Below are positions 1-13,770 of a stretch of DNA of 64,000 nucleotides, piece after piece. The DNA is taken from assembly GCA_012295275.1 (NCBI GenBank), contig CM022670.1, positions 25,172,001-25,236,000 on the forward strand. Direction: 5' to 3'. Source of the stretch: Chrysomallon squamiferum. Taxonomy: Eukaryota; Animalia; Mollusca. A program made the position numbers and the translations under genes. The stretch's first letter is position 1, and each line of letters begins with the position of its first letter. Below the pieces are notes generated by a model. That model was not told where the DNA came from, ran no database searches, and saw only the letters and a list, made by a program, of their open reading frames with translations.

Positions 1-429
1 GAAGAAGAAAAGAAAAAAAATAAAAAAAAAATAAAAAAATAAAAAAATAAAAAGAAGAAGAAGAAAATTAAGACTAAATCTGATACTTTTGAAGAAATTC
101 AATCAAGTATGTATGGTTATTTTATAAAACATTAATTATTAGTAAATTTATCTAAATAATATATTACTGATAACGAACTAAACCTTTCCCAGGTTATTTT
201 GTCCAACGTACTTGTTATCTATTTCGTGGGTTCTGGATTTCAGAAGAAATAATAACGTTATGTTTCATCAACAAATGTCTCATGATCGAGAATGTTGTTT
301 TTGCGGGAACTACGATGGCCTAATGTATTTTGAAACATTATATTATTGGCCAATATCATGTTCAGGTTTATTGTTTACCTGTGAAAAATTTAAAAGTTTG
401 AAAAGTTTGAAAACACGGAAGAAAATGTG

Positions 430-462
<33 letters not shown>

Positions 463-1123
463 AAATTAGAATGAACGAAAGAAAACAAATAAACCAAAAT
501 TACATTAAATGAAAAAAAATAAAAGCAAACAAAGAATGAGATTATTTTTTATTGTCAAATGAAAAATATATATCAAGTAAAATACATCGATAATAAAACA
601 AATGTTTTCTGAAAATTTAAAAATATATATCTGTCTGAATGCCCACTATTTACCTGAACATCTTGAACAGAAATACTGTTATTACAGATATTTACTGATA
701 AATAGCAAATTTTGTTATTATTATTATTTTTAAATAATTATTTTTCTGTAGTAATAACAGAGTTTTTAAAACACTGTCAGTGGATTTGGCATCCAGCAGT
801 TTTGATCAAACTTCTTTCGAAAGTATTCTTTACAAAACAGGTGTTCAGTAAATTGTATTCATATGATGGGACACAATATGCGAGGACATTACAGAAAATA
901 CACGAGTTATAGCAGTTCTAGTTGGCGCAGGTAGGTGGGACAGGTAGGTGGGATTTGATGTAGGGTAAACGTACGTTATTTTATTTGAAAATCCGTGGTT
1001 TTAATACACCACGGTGGATTCCTTGCCGACTGTAATCATTTAGAACACAAACGTACACACGGTGTTCTATATAGCTGTAAGGACGGATGATTTGCCAAAC
1101 GAGTCACTCAAGCTAACAAAATG

Positions 1124-1153
1124 TCAGAAGTACTTAAATCTCATACAGAAATC
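1124..1153 (-). CDS. TEP: TEP candidate terminal exon (DFCMRFKYF*)
   Basis: cttacag acceptor in phase 0, followed by more complex 3'UTR-like sequence; no homology support. Confidence 0.45.
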   Translation of the reverse strand, partial: DFCMRFKYF

Positions 1154-3744
1154 CTGTAAGATGTTAATAACAAAATAATAACCATTTCGTTATTTATTTT
1201 TCATTATGTCACTAATATACTTATATACAAATGTCAGAACCGCTTTCAGAATTTTATTACTTGATTAATACTTTGTTAATTTACTAACATTTTTCATCTA
1301 AGTTATTGGATTGTCCCTGACAAATTTGTCCGTTAGCCCTAAGCATTACAGGATATTATTATATTATATGATTGCTTTATTTCCAATTTCTGTTTTAAAC
1401 ATATGTACAAAACAACGACATGAAGAGTGAATGAAAGTTAGAACTGGACTAGTGTTGGTTGATGTTAAAATCCTATTCACACATAGACAAAATCGTTACA
1501 CTGAATATGGACATTACAAGTTGAAAATAATTAAAGAATAAAATAATTAGAATGATTTTATTATGGTGTAATTTATAGCTGATGTATAAAAAATAAAACT
1601 AATGTAACCAAACGTTCATGGCCGTAAATACACTGAGACAAATGAAGCAAATACCTCATACCGAAATTGACAATTTATTTTAAATTTTATTTTTTTCAAT
1701 ACAAATATTTTATTTAAAAAATAAAAATATAAATCTCTATTCCGACAGAAACGATATCCACTGAATTAATTTGTTTATGTCTACGGTTACCGTTCAAAGT
1801 CCAAATTTGTTTGCTCCTGCTCTGCTCGAAGATTTTGTCTCATTTAAAAACAAAAGGAGTCTAGTTACGGCCACGATGTCATGGTCTTTGTAACACATAC
1901 ATTGTCAAACACAAAGTTTATTCTGTTATGTAATATAATATAAAATTTAAACGTGATAAAGATACTGGCACAGTTACAGGTGAAGTATGCTGTTAATATT
2001 TCTGACATAAATACAGCAGAGGTAATGACAATACTGAATAATAAATTGTTTATGTGTGACATGAATAATTATAATTAACCTCTGTACACGTAATTTATTA
2101 AAACTGTAATAAGACAAATTTCGTTACCTTATCAACAATATGACTATAGTTAAACATTAAAATATACAGTTCATTATATTTAACCATACAAATTATTTCA
2201 GTTTGATTATGAACAACAAGAATTAAAATCAACAGCAGCCGGAGAGTGGTGCATCGTGTCAAGGGAGATAACTATCTTTACGCCTGGAAAAAAAAAAAAA
2301 AAAAAAAAAAATTATTTGTTGCTTTAGTACAGCAATCCAAAATATTTTTAATAAAACAAAAAATAAAACATTTGATGAATATAACAAGATACAATTAATT
2401 GAAAATGAATAATTTTATTACAGTTCTTATATAAGAAACAGAGGAAAAAACAAGCCACAAAATCCCCCCACCAAAAAAAAAAAAAAAAAAAAAAAAAAAA
2501 TAATAATTTATAAACAAAATTTACAAAAGAAGTTTTAATAGAAGGAAAATTAGAAAATTGATTAAAACTATAATTAAAAATTATTTGTAATTGATATAAC
2601 CGATTCACTGTTTGAAAAATAATTTAGTTTACACATTAATTCTTGTTTTCTAATAGGTTACATTTGTAGACTTACTAACTGTTAATATCTATAGATTACC
2701 TATCCAGGTAATGTTAATTTTATTGCTTGTTTAAATGTTTACTTTTGTCTAGGCTTACTGACACTTACAGTTGAACATCCTTCGCAGTGGTCCCCACAAA
2801 AGTCACACACAGTCGAATCTCGCAGTTTTCTTGGTTGATATGATACTGTTTGGATTTTATCTAGAAAACACATTGTAAACCATACAACTCTCAATATTTA
2901 ATAGCATCTTTTTTCACAAAACAAATTTATTATGTAGACTAGGACTTATATACATTTTCTTAAATTTAACTACAAATACAAGTTTGAATTTTATCTAGAA
3001 TACACACTAAAACATACTGTTATCAAGCTTTGAAAGCATCATTTTGTTTTATAATAAATTTATGATGCAGACAAACACATACTGCCATAAAACCATTTTT
3101 AAAATTTATCACTAGAAAATGCTGATCAACAGAATGAATTATTATTTGAATATTTTCAGAGTAAATCATCAGTCCTAATATTTTTCATAATCTTCTCTTG
3201 AAATTTAAAAAGCTAAAAAAAAAATAAAAAAGAACTTTCAAAATATATTTTAAAGTGTTAGTTTAATTTCTTATAAAACTAAGGAAAATTACACAAATGG
3301 ATCAGATTTTCATTAACAGTTTGAAAGCGTATCTGTATTTTGTTAATAATGTGCTAGTACTTACTAGGGTCGTAGTAAGACTGAACAGTAACATAGTATC
3401 GCTGAGCTTTAGCCACCTGGCTTGTTCTAGAACAGTCCAGCTTCATACAGGTGGATGTTTTCCCAATCTAAAAACAGTCAGTATGACAGAGTATAATGTT
3501 ACACTCATAATAACATACTTATATAACATAAATTATATTCACAAAGAGTCGATAATGATATAATAAGATCTTGTTTAAAACAACAACAACAAACAAACAT
3601 TTAATACTTTCAAAACCAATCTTTTTGTAAATGTTGCAAAATGAATAAATAAATAAATAAATACATAAATATCTGAAAAACCAATGAATAAATAAAAAAA
3701 TCAATAAATAAAAATTTAAAAAAAAGAAAAAAATAAATAAATAA

Positions 3745-3778
<34 letters not shown>

Positions 3779-4945
3779 CATTTAGAAAAACAAAGTAAAT
3801 GTGAGTTGGTGAATAAATTTTGGTGATAATATTAAAGACAAATATGTTATTTCTATTTTTTATCTTTATTACACAGAGCACTTATAAAAATTATCAAAAT
3901 AATGGTAACACTTATTTTATTACTTAATTATACTAATTACCAAAAAACTTTATTTTAATAGTACAAGTGATCACCTGGTCAAAGTATGCGACTACGTCAG
4001 AACCTCTTTCCTCCAGTCTCTTGAGGCCAGCAATGTTTCCTGGACTGCTCAGATCAGCAACAAATCCTGAAGGAATCTGAATTTCCTGTATACACATTCC
4101 AGTCTGTCCCTCTCCCAGATATCTGACATGAACATTGTTAACTGTTAGATAACCTATCTAGGTTTGATTATTAACTATTAACTTTCATTGATAATAGATC
4201 TTGGTTTCTTTATCAACTTTTAACTTTCATTGATAATAGATCTAGGTTTGTTTATTAACTTTTAGCATCTACAGATTATCTATCTATGTTTGTTTATTAA
4301 GTATTAACATTTATGGATAACTTTTCCCGGTTTATGTACAGCTGATTCTATTGTCTGCCTGCTACAATAGCTTACAATTATTTAAATTTTGGACAACTAC
4401 AGTTGAATCATTACCATCTTTCCAGAACTGAATTTTTGTTTTTACTTTCAATTTTAATTAGTTTTGATTCTGTATATTTAATAATGATATACAAAAGAAA
4501 ACCATTTGAGGCAATCCACAAGAAGCATGCCATTTCGTTTATATTCATATCGTTTTTAATTAAAGACAGAATACAATGATTTAATTGTAAATGAGTGAAG
4601 CAGGAATGGAAAATGCAGTAGAAACAGATAACATTAATATTGTATTTCTAATTGTTGTCAGCTTGGTTCTATCTTAGATTTTTTTTTTTTTTTAATCTGA
4701 ATACAACTTTGTTTTACAGGCCTAGAATGTATCACAAATAAAATTAAAGTGTTATCTTATTATGGTGTATGGGAGTATACAAAAAAGAAAAATAGAAAAT
4801 AAAATTTATATGAAAAAAATAAACTCACTTTGCACATGTCATTAATGTGAATCCATTAATATTGTCATCAAGAAGAACTGTGCTAACTTCAAAACTCGAT
4901 TCACCCCAGTCTTCCTTCTCTATGTTGTAAAACAATCCAATCTGC

Positions 4946-4976
<31 letters not shown>

Positions 4977-5536
4977 GTATAATGACAACAACAACAACAA
5001 CAACAATGATAATAATGATGATAATGAAAATAAGATGATAATGTTAATACTAATGATAATTTGTATTTTTTTCAATTTTTAAAGATAAAACTATATTGGA
5101 CTTAGGAAAACTTTTTTTTAAGTGAAAAAATAATAATTATTTATATTTAATAGTATTATTTAAAAAAAAAAAAAAAAAAATTTCTTGGACAAGATATAAC
5201 AGTTTTTGAATACCAGATGTAACACAGCAAATACTTAATTGTTAAAACGAGTTCACTGTGAATGTTTTAAATCAGACATTGAATTTTTTGAAGACAGACA
5301 ACTTTAACAGTTTGCTAAAAAAACATTTGAACTTGCACATCTCAGTATAGGAGCCCTGTGAATATCTGTCTGTGTGAGGTAACAGAGATATAAACTACTA
5401 AAAGTCACTATTTAAAACTAGTATTTATGGTGTTACACTTACAATGAAATAAAACATATTTGTAACATTACCTCAATCACAGCCATTCCTTTTCCTGTAG
5501 AACTTATTTCAAGTAAACCAGGAATATCTTCATACT

Positions 5537-5571
<35 letters not shown>

Positions 5572-8500
5572 GAAATTAAAGGTTTTGTTTTGTTTTTAAT
5601 TTTTTAACATATTGTACAATAACACAAAATACATTACTTTAAAAAAAAAAAAAAGAAAGATGCTTGATTAATAAACATAACAGGTCATTATTAGTTTTTT
5701 CCAGATCATTTATTTCCAACATTTAATTATAAGAAATATTAACAACAACTACAACAAAAACAATACTCAACCCTCAAAAATAGCCATTTTAATTGAAATA
5801 AAAAAAAAAACTTAAAAAAAAAAACTATTATATTTCTCTACCACAGGCTAACTCATAGTTTGTAATATATCATACCTCATAACTATTTATCACTAAAGCA
5901 TTTTCGTCATTGATAGTTATATCCATTTCTTTTTCACCGGCTATTATTTTCACTTTTATTTCAAAGTTTGTTGGTCTGGCAACAGCAGCAAATTTCGTCA
6001 ACGCTTCCAGCGCAACCACAGTATCCTTATAAAAACAAATATTACTTTTATTACTTACCACCAATCAGTATGAATAATGTTCAACATAATTATTATTATA
6101 ATCTTATTTAAACTGTTGATGTTATTGACTAGTTACGACATCAACAACCCATAATGTAATTAACATAATAATTATAATAATTTTATGTAAATAGATACTG
6201 ATATTACTTACTAATACAGATACATTACCAAGAAACTATTATTAAAAAAGTTCAAAAGAATTAAACATTAGCAAACGTTTCTGTGACAGTAATATATTGT
6301 TTTATTTTTTGAATGAAACAAAAGTCAAATTTTAGTTTTAATTTTATAACCATAAATGTTAAAAATATTAAATAAAAACCAAAGTCATGTGATTCTTAAA
6401 AATTATATATTTAAAACTTTTTATTTAATTAAAACTTAGAATAAACAAGTTTAAAAAATACAGTAATAATTAAAACTGATATTCTTTATTTTAACAATAC
6501 GTTGGGCATTTTTACTATTTTAGTGTAAGATAATAAAGAATAGTCGTCATTTTCTTTCCAGGATTTCCCATTTACACACTTTACCTTACTGATATAATAT
6601 TTATACCGATTTTTACAAGTCGTATCAAAATGAAGTAAGTATAATTATAAAATAAAAATACATATTTATATCGTCTTCGAGAATTATTTTAATGTCTGTC
6701 GGTCTCAGTATCTACCAGTTTATCTATCGATAACAAAACAATTTAACTGAACCTGCGAAGAGACGAATCCACCATGTGGATTCCTCTGAGATGTGATCCA
6801 CAGCATGACGTCATTTCCTGCCGTGAGGTCATGACGTGCGACATACGTGAGCAGAACGTAGGAGGTAATAAGAACGTCAATGGACTTGGTTCCGCTCTTT
6901 TCTTTTAGGTATATGTTTGTAGAATCTGATTCATCCACATGAATCCAGTGCCTTTTCCCTTCTATAGTTTGAAAAAAATCATAATTGAAACTGAGAACAT
7001 GGATTAGGTATGTCAGTCTTAAAACGTCTTAGTTATACTTGCTTTTAGTAAAAAGAGAACAAAGAATAATTTCCCTTCTTACAGATTAAAACTCAATTTA
7101 ATAGGGAAAAACATAATAATAATGTTTTAATGTTGTTCACGCAGATTACCAGGACGGCACCACCGGGTTTCGAACTCACAAGAGTACATGCCATTTCTCA
7201 CCACGCATATCATACCTTGATGACAGGAAATCTATTTATGAATGTAAAAATATATTGTAATTTACTTGCCATCTGTAACGGCACGTTCCAAGACTTTTTC
7301 AAAAACTTTATCAGCAAACGGGTGTCCGGTGATGGTGAAAGCATAAGCAAGAAGAGCCAACGTGTAGTTGCTTTTCACGTCATCTGAATGTGTTTCAAGA
7401 TACAACAGAGCTTTGGCTGTGGCGTCGATTATTCTTTCTTTCTTAACCTGGGGGAAAAAAAACACACACAAAAAAAACACAACTTTTAATTATACACTGA
7501 ACACTATTAAATAAACACCACAGTTTTTCCCCAGTATTATATGACATTAAACTAATTCACTTTTACAAACATGAACTTAAATCAGAAAATGTTACAGTTA
7601 AAGATAATCAAAAACTGCAATAAATGTTTCGTTCTTTTTTTCTAAATGAATGTGCATTATATGACTTTGCATTGTAGATAACCACTTTTATTTTTTAAAT
7701 TATTTTTTACTGTTGCTTTATTCGACAATGTTGTACTGAAATGAAGAGCAGTTTTACATCAGTAGTGGAGCACTAGTCGGAATTAGAAATAGCTCACTCT
7801 GTCCATCAAGAATGATTGATTTGACAATTCACTCCAACTTGAGCAGATTTTCTGTTATTTGCTATACTGCACTATGTATAGTGTGTAACAACAGCAACAA
7901 CAAAATGATGATAATAATGATAATAATAATAATAAAATAAAATGATGATGATGACAATAATAATAAACAATCAAATGAATGAATGAATGAATGAATAAAT
8001 AAATAAATAAATGAAAAAGGACACAATAACTTCTAAATAGTAATAATTAATTTAATTTACCGAAAATCCATCATGATATTTATATTGAACAAGTGCAGTC
8101 AGAACATAAGCTGTAAGTCCAATATGGTTTCCTTCATCATTCTGAAAAGAAAGACATAGAGAAAAAGAATTATAGAATAAGACAGTCACTACTTATATCT
8201 AAGCCTGATGTATTTGTCTCTATTGAAAATGATCTGTATTTCTCATAGCTTCTCTCAAATGAAAAAAACAAAACAAAAATGTCTGAACATTGTAAAGTTA
8301 GAAATAATAAAAACAAAAAGTTTCAACATTTATATAAATTCTGTGTATTATGATCATCTGAAGTAAAAATTATCCTTACATTATTTTTAATAAATTTAAA
8401 TTATTTTTATCCAACCCATTTCAAACTGTTGAATATGAAAAGAAAATATGAACTGATTTTAATAAATGCTTTCTCCCTATTGTGAAGATGTAATGTCATG

Positions 8501-11500
8501 TAAAATAAAGACAAAATTATCTATTTCTTACTCTGATATTGACATCAAGGAGAGTTCCCTGTTCATTGAAGAATCCAGCTGTGTTCTGTGTTTCCAGAAG
8601 CCAGTGTAGTGCTCTGTCAATTGTACTGTTCCCAATGAAAATGTAGGAGGTTGCCTCTTTGAAACTTTTCAGAACAAAAGCTGTAAGCCTAAAAGAAAAA
8701 AACTTTCACATAAACACTCATCTAATGTTGTTGAATAAGACTGTTGATAGTATCATAGTGCCAATGATTCCAGTTCAACTGCATGAAGTATGACATTATT
8801 TTGAACTTGTATCTCTTTGTCTTTTAGTCTGTTTCTGTTTCTGTCTCTGTTTCTGTTTCTCTCTGTTAGTGTGTGTATCTGTGAACATTTATCAAGATTA
8901 CAATTCATGTCCTTTAGCAAATTTTAACCTCCTTGAGCAAATAACAGTAAAATGATCAATGGCAAAAAACCCAATATATATTTGTTATTAGTGACAAAAG
9001 GGTGGACCTTAAAAAGCATTTCTGATCATTGAAAATTTGACAGAAATGTGTACTTGCATCCAACTGTTACTACAGATCTAAATCGTACAAAGGACAGTTA
9101 AACATTTTATTATATCGACTGATCAGCTCACTCACCAAGTACTTCCAGCAGAATCACGGTCTCCAAAAGCACTGAATGATCCATCAATTCTCTGGTAGTA
9201 TAGCTGTCTCTGGTAGCCTGTTAACAAACAAAATATTTCACAATAACTCGGACTGTTTTATAATTTCCTGTTTAAAAATAACAACAGTTATTTCATAATC
9301 TAGAAAAAAAAAAAAGCAAAAAGAGAGGTTTATATATTGTTACTAATAAAGTTTCAGACACTCAAAGCTATAGGAATATTCTCAACAACCTTTAACAGCA
9401 TCATCATACTTTAATATTTAGCAGAGACTGGTTCAAGATACAACTGATATAATAATTTGAAAATATGCATATGGTATTTAAAGATATATATATATATACC
9501 ATATGCACATTTTCAAATTATTATATCAGTTGTATATATATAATTAATTATTTATTTATTTATTTTGATTTAATTTATTTTGTCTTGCACAAGAAGAATA
9601 ATATATAATCAATTATTATTTTAGGACACAAAAACCATGCTCCTTCCCCAAAAGAAAGTTTCTGTTACCTAACTCCAGGTATGTCAGTATTTTGTTTTCC
9701 AATTCTGGAGTCAACTGTTTGGTGTTCTTCAGGTAGTCAGCAATGTACACGTCAGGTGTAAAACTCAACATGTTTTGTTCTCCACATCCTGTGGGCACCT
9801 TCAGCAGTGACTCCAGTCCCTCAATACTGTGTCCCAGTAAATCACCTTAAAAAAACAAAAAACAAAAAAAAAGTTCAAAAATGAACATTTATATTCTAAA
9901 AAAGTCACTTAAAAAGTCAACATCTAAAAAAATATATTTAAAAAATTCAAAACAAAGCAGTAAAGAAAAATAATTAAAAAAAAACTAAATAAGAAAAATG
10001 AAAACAATTATAGTCAAATTCATTTATTTATTTACTGTTTATAAAATAATTTTCTTTGAATCTGTCTTTACAAACACTATTATGACCACCATTTTTTTTC
10101 TGTTTGCAGTATAGCAATGTTGTTTCTTTGATTCTGTTTGTAGTGTTGTTAGAAAACTATTTACATTTTGGGCAAATAAATGAAACAGTAAGTTGGCAAT
10201 ATTCAGCATATATTTAAACTGTTTATTCCTGGTGTTTCAAGTGATATGAACTGTTTGTATTGTTGTATATTGTTAACTATAAACAGATCATTTACCAGTG
10301 GCTGTTATTCGCAGACGTTCTGATCCTGGAACTAAACTTGTTGGTGTTTGAAGTTCCAGTACTTTCTTGAATTCTCCTGAACTGTCTGTGTGGTCTATCA
10401 GAACAGGAATATTCACTTCACGCTTTACTCCTTCAGGCTGCAAAAATATTTTGGACAAGATGAAAAACAGTTATGTGCAAGGCTTTATATGGAATTAAGA
10501 TGTCGAATTTTTTTTTTTTGATAAATGTATTTTTGTTCAGATTATAACTTGTATGTAAAAATCTTATCAAAAGAGAAAATATGTATGTCTGTCAAATTCA
10601 GAGTCCAAAAATAATGGTTTTATTCATTTATTTTAATTAATTACCACACTGAAATCTACAATATAAAATGAATACATACTTTGTAAAAGTATTAATAATA
10701 ATAATAACAACAACAACAATAATAATAATAAAAAGATAATAAATATTTGTAATGATGATGATGATGATGATGATAACAATGGTAATGATAATGAAAATAA
10801 TAATAATGATGATGATATTAATAATAGAAGAGGAAGAAAAAACAGCAAAAGCATAACAATATATGACAATAAAATATTACCTCTACGAGTAGCTGTCTTT
10901 TAACAGCATCAGCAGACAGTGGGCCTCTAGCAGACACCTGAATGTCAATCTTACCCAGGTGTACAGGGATGATAGGAAAATACACAGACACAGGTCGACC
11001 ACTTATCACCTACAACACAATTACAACATATTACAACACACAGTTATCACCTACAACACAATTACAACATATTACAACACACAGTTATCACCTACAACAC
11101 AATTACAACATATTACAACACACAGTTATCACCTACAACACAATTACAGTATATTACAACACACAGTTATCACCTACAATACAATTACAGCATACAACAC
11201 ACAGTTATCACCTACAACACAATTACAGCATACAACACACAGTTATCACCTACAACACAGTTATCACCTACAACACAATTACAGCATACAACACACAGTT
11301 ATCACCTACAACACAATTACAACATATTACAACACACAGTTATCACCTACATCACAATTACAACATATTATAACACACAGTTATCACCTATATCACAAAT
11401 ACAACATATTACAACACACAGTTATCACCTACAACACAATTACAGCATACAACACACAGTTATCACCTACAACACAATTACAGTATATTACAACACACAG

Positions 11501-13456
11501 TTATCACCTACAATACAATTACAGCATACAACACACAGTTATCACCTACAACACAGTTATCACCTACAACACAATTACAGCATACAACACACAGTTATCA
11601 CCTACAACACAGTTATCACCTACAACACAATTACAGCATACAACACACAGTTATCACCTACAACACAATTACAACATATTACAACACACAGTTATCACCT
11701 ACATCACAATTACAACATATTATAACACACAGTTATCACCTATATCACAAATACAACATATTACAACACACAGTTATCACCTACAACACAATTACAGCAT
11801 ACAACACACAGTTATCACCTACAACACACAGTTATCACCTACAACACAATTACAGCATACAACACACAGTTATCACCTACAACGCAATTACACCATATAG
11901 CACACAGTTATCACCTACAACACAATTACACCATATAACACACAGTTATCACATTCAACACAATTACAATATATTATAACACACAGTTATCACTTACAAC
12001 ACAATTACAATATTATAACACAGTTATCACCTACAACACAATTACAACATATAACACACAGTTATCACCTACATCACAATTACAACATATTATAATACAT
12101 GGTTATCATCTACATCACAATTACAATATATTATAACACACAGTTATCACTTACAACACAATTACAATATTATAACACAGTTATCACCTACAACACAATT
12201 ACAATATATAACACAGTTATCACCTACAACATATTACAACACACAGTTATCACTTACAACACAATTACAATATATTATAACAAAGAAAATTACATGTTAT
12301 AACAACCAAACATGCCCAGCTATGAGCTAAAATGGTCTTGAAAAGAAACATTTTGGAAATAACATGTAACCAGACTGAATTTAACATTATATGATTACAC
12401 ATATATTACCATTTAAAAATCACTGATTTAATTTAAAATAAAAATGTGAAATATTTCTGTGATCAAAAGTTATGATGCCCTAAATATCTGAACTGTATCT
12501 TAAAAGGATTATTTAATGATTATTTACAGTCACTGTTTTTCTCTGAACTTCTGAAGTGAGGACTTCTTTCCCAGAATCATCAAAGAGAACACTCTGAAAT
12601 TCCTCTGATGGCTCCAATTCAACTGTAGCCTAGATGAAGAAAGAAAATAATCACAGTAAAAAAAACAACAACAGAATAATAACAACACAGTTTACAGTAG
12701 ATATTCAGAAAACTCATTATGAAAAATTGATATTAACAAAATATAAGGATACTGATAAAATATTTCTTATAGGTTAATTGCCAAACATTTTATGAAGGAT
12801 ATTGATAAAATATTTTACAACAAAAATAATGACAACATTTTTTGTAACTGAATAATAAGAAAACATTTACTAGATTTAATTACAAAAAATAATTTTACAA
12901 CAAAACGGGTCTTGTGATACTGCAGCAGTTACAGTGTAACTGTTATAACATCATCAGGCCTGGGTTTTTTTGTAAAATATCATTGCGAAAAGAAACCACT
13001 AGACAACATAAAAACAAAAATACTTTATTACATTTTTCATATCTGATTTATGAGAATTCTTTTTCTTTTTCTAATTTTTTTTCTTACTTATGATAAGAAT
13101 GTAGGAGATTTGATATCCCAACCAAATATAAATCGTTTTACAGTGATAACATCGTTTATAGGAAAAATGAAATAATAAAAACAATATTACTTGATGTGGA
13201 CATCAAGGAGATGAGAACTATTTCCGCAGAGAGAAGAAAAACCAACACTTACATCAAAATGTTCATCGAGGTAACTGAACACGTTGGCTTGTATGACTAC
13301 TTGCTCTCCTCTGATTATTGATGTGGGCAGAGTCAGGCTGACAAAGAACGAACGGAAGACTGTCAGCTGGAAAACAAAACAAAAAACTATTTTTTTTTTA
13401 AAAGTTAATATTTATACTGAACTATAAAATTATCTTGTTATTGCAGTTACATCTGC

Positions 13457-13511
<55 letters not shown>

Positions 13512-13715
13512 TTATTAATATGATTATTTTCATTATTATTGCTAGGCATGACATCAACGGTCTAAATCAGATTATATGTAGCCTAGTTTTCTTTACAAGA
13601 ACTATGTTTCTTTGTAATGTCCTGTTTATAAAATATTAATAATAATAATAATAAAAATAATATATCACATTCTAGTGTATTTTTCTTTATAAGCTCTATT
13701 TTTCATTGTGATATA

Positions 13716-13770
<55 letters not shown>

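Noticed and set aside
10942-11900. 313-aa and 143-aa plus-strand ORFs with repetitive Thr/His/Tyr content
   Set aside because: They are translations of the minisatellite, cycle through all three frames, and lie antisense within a TEP intron
11003-12281. CRISPR-like periodic array
   Set aside because: No unique spacers, no cas genes, eukaryotic intron context
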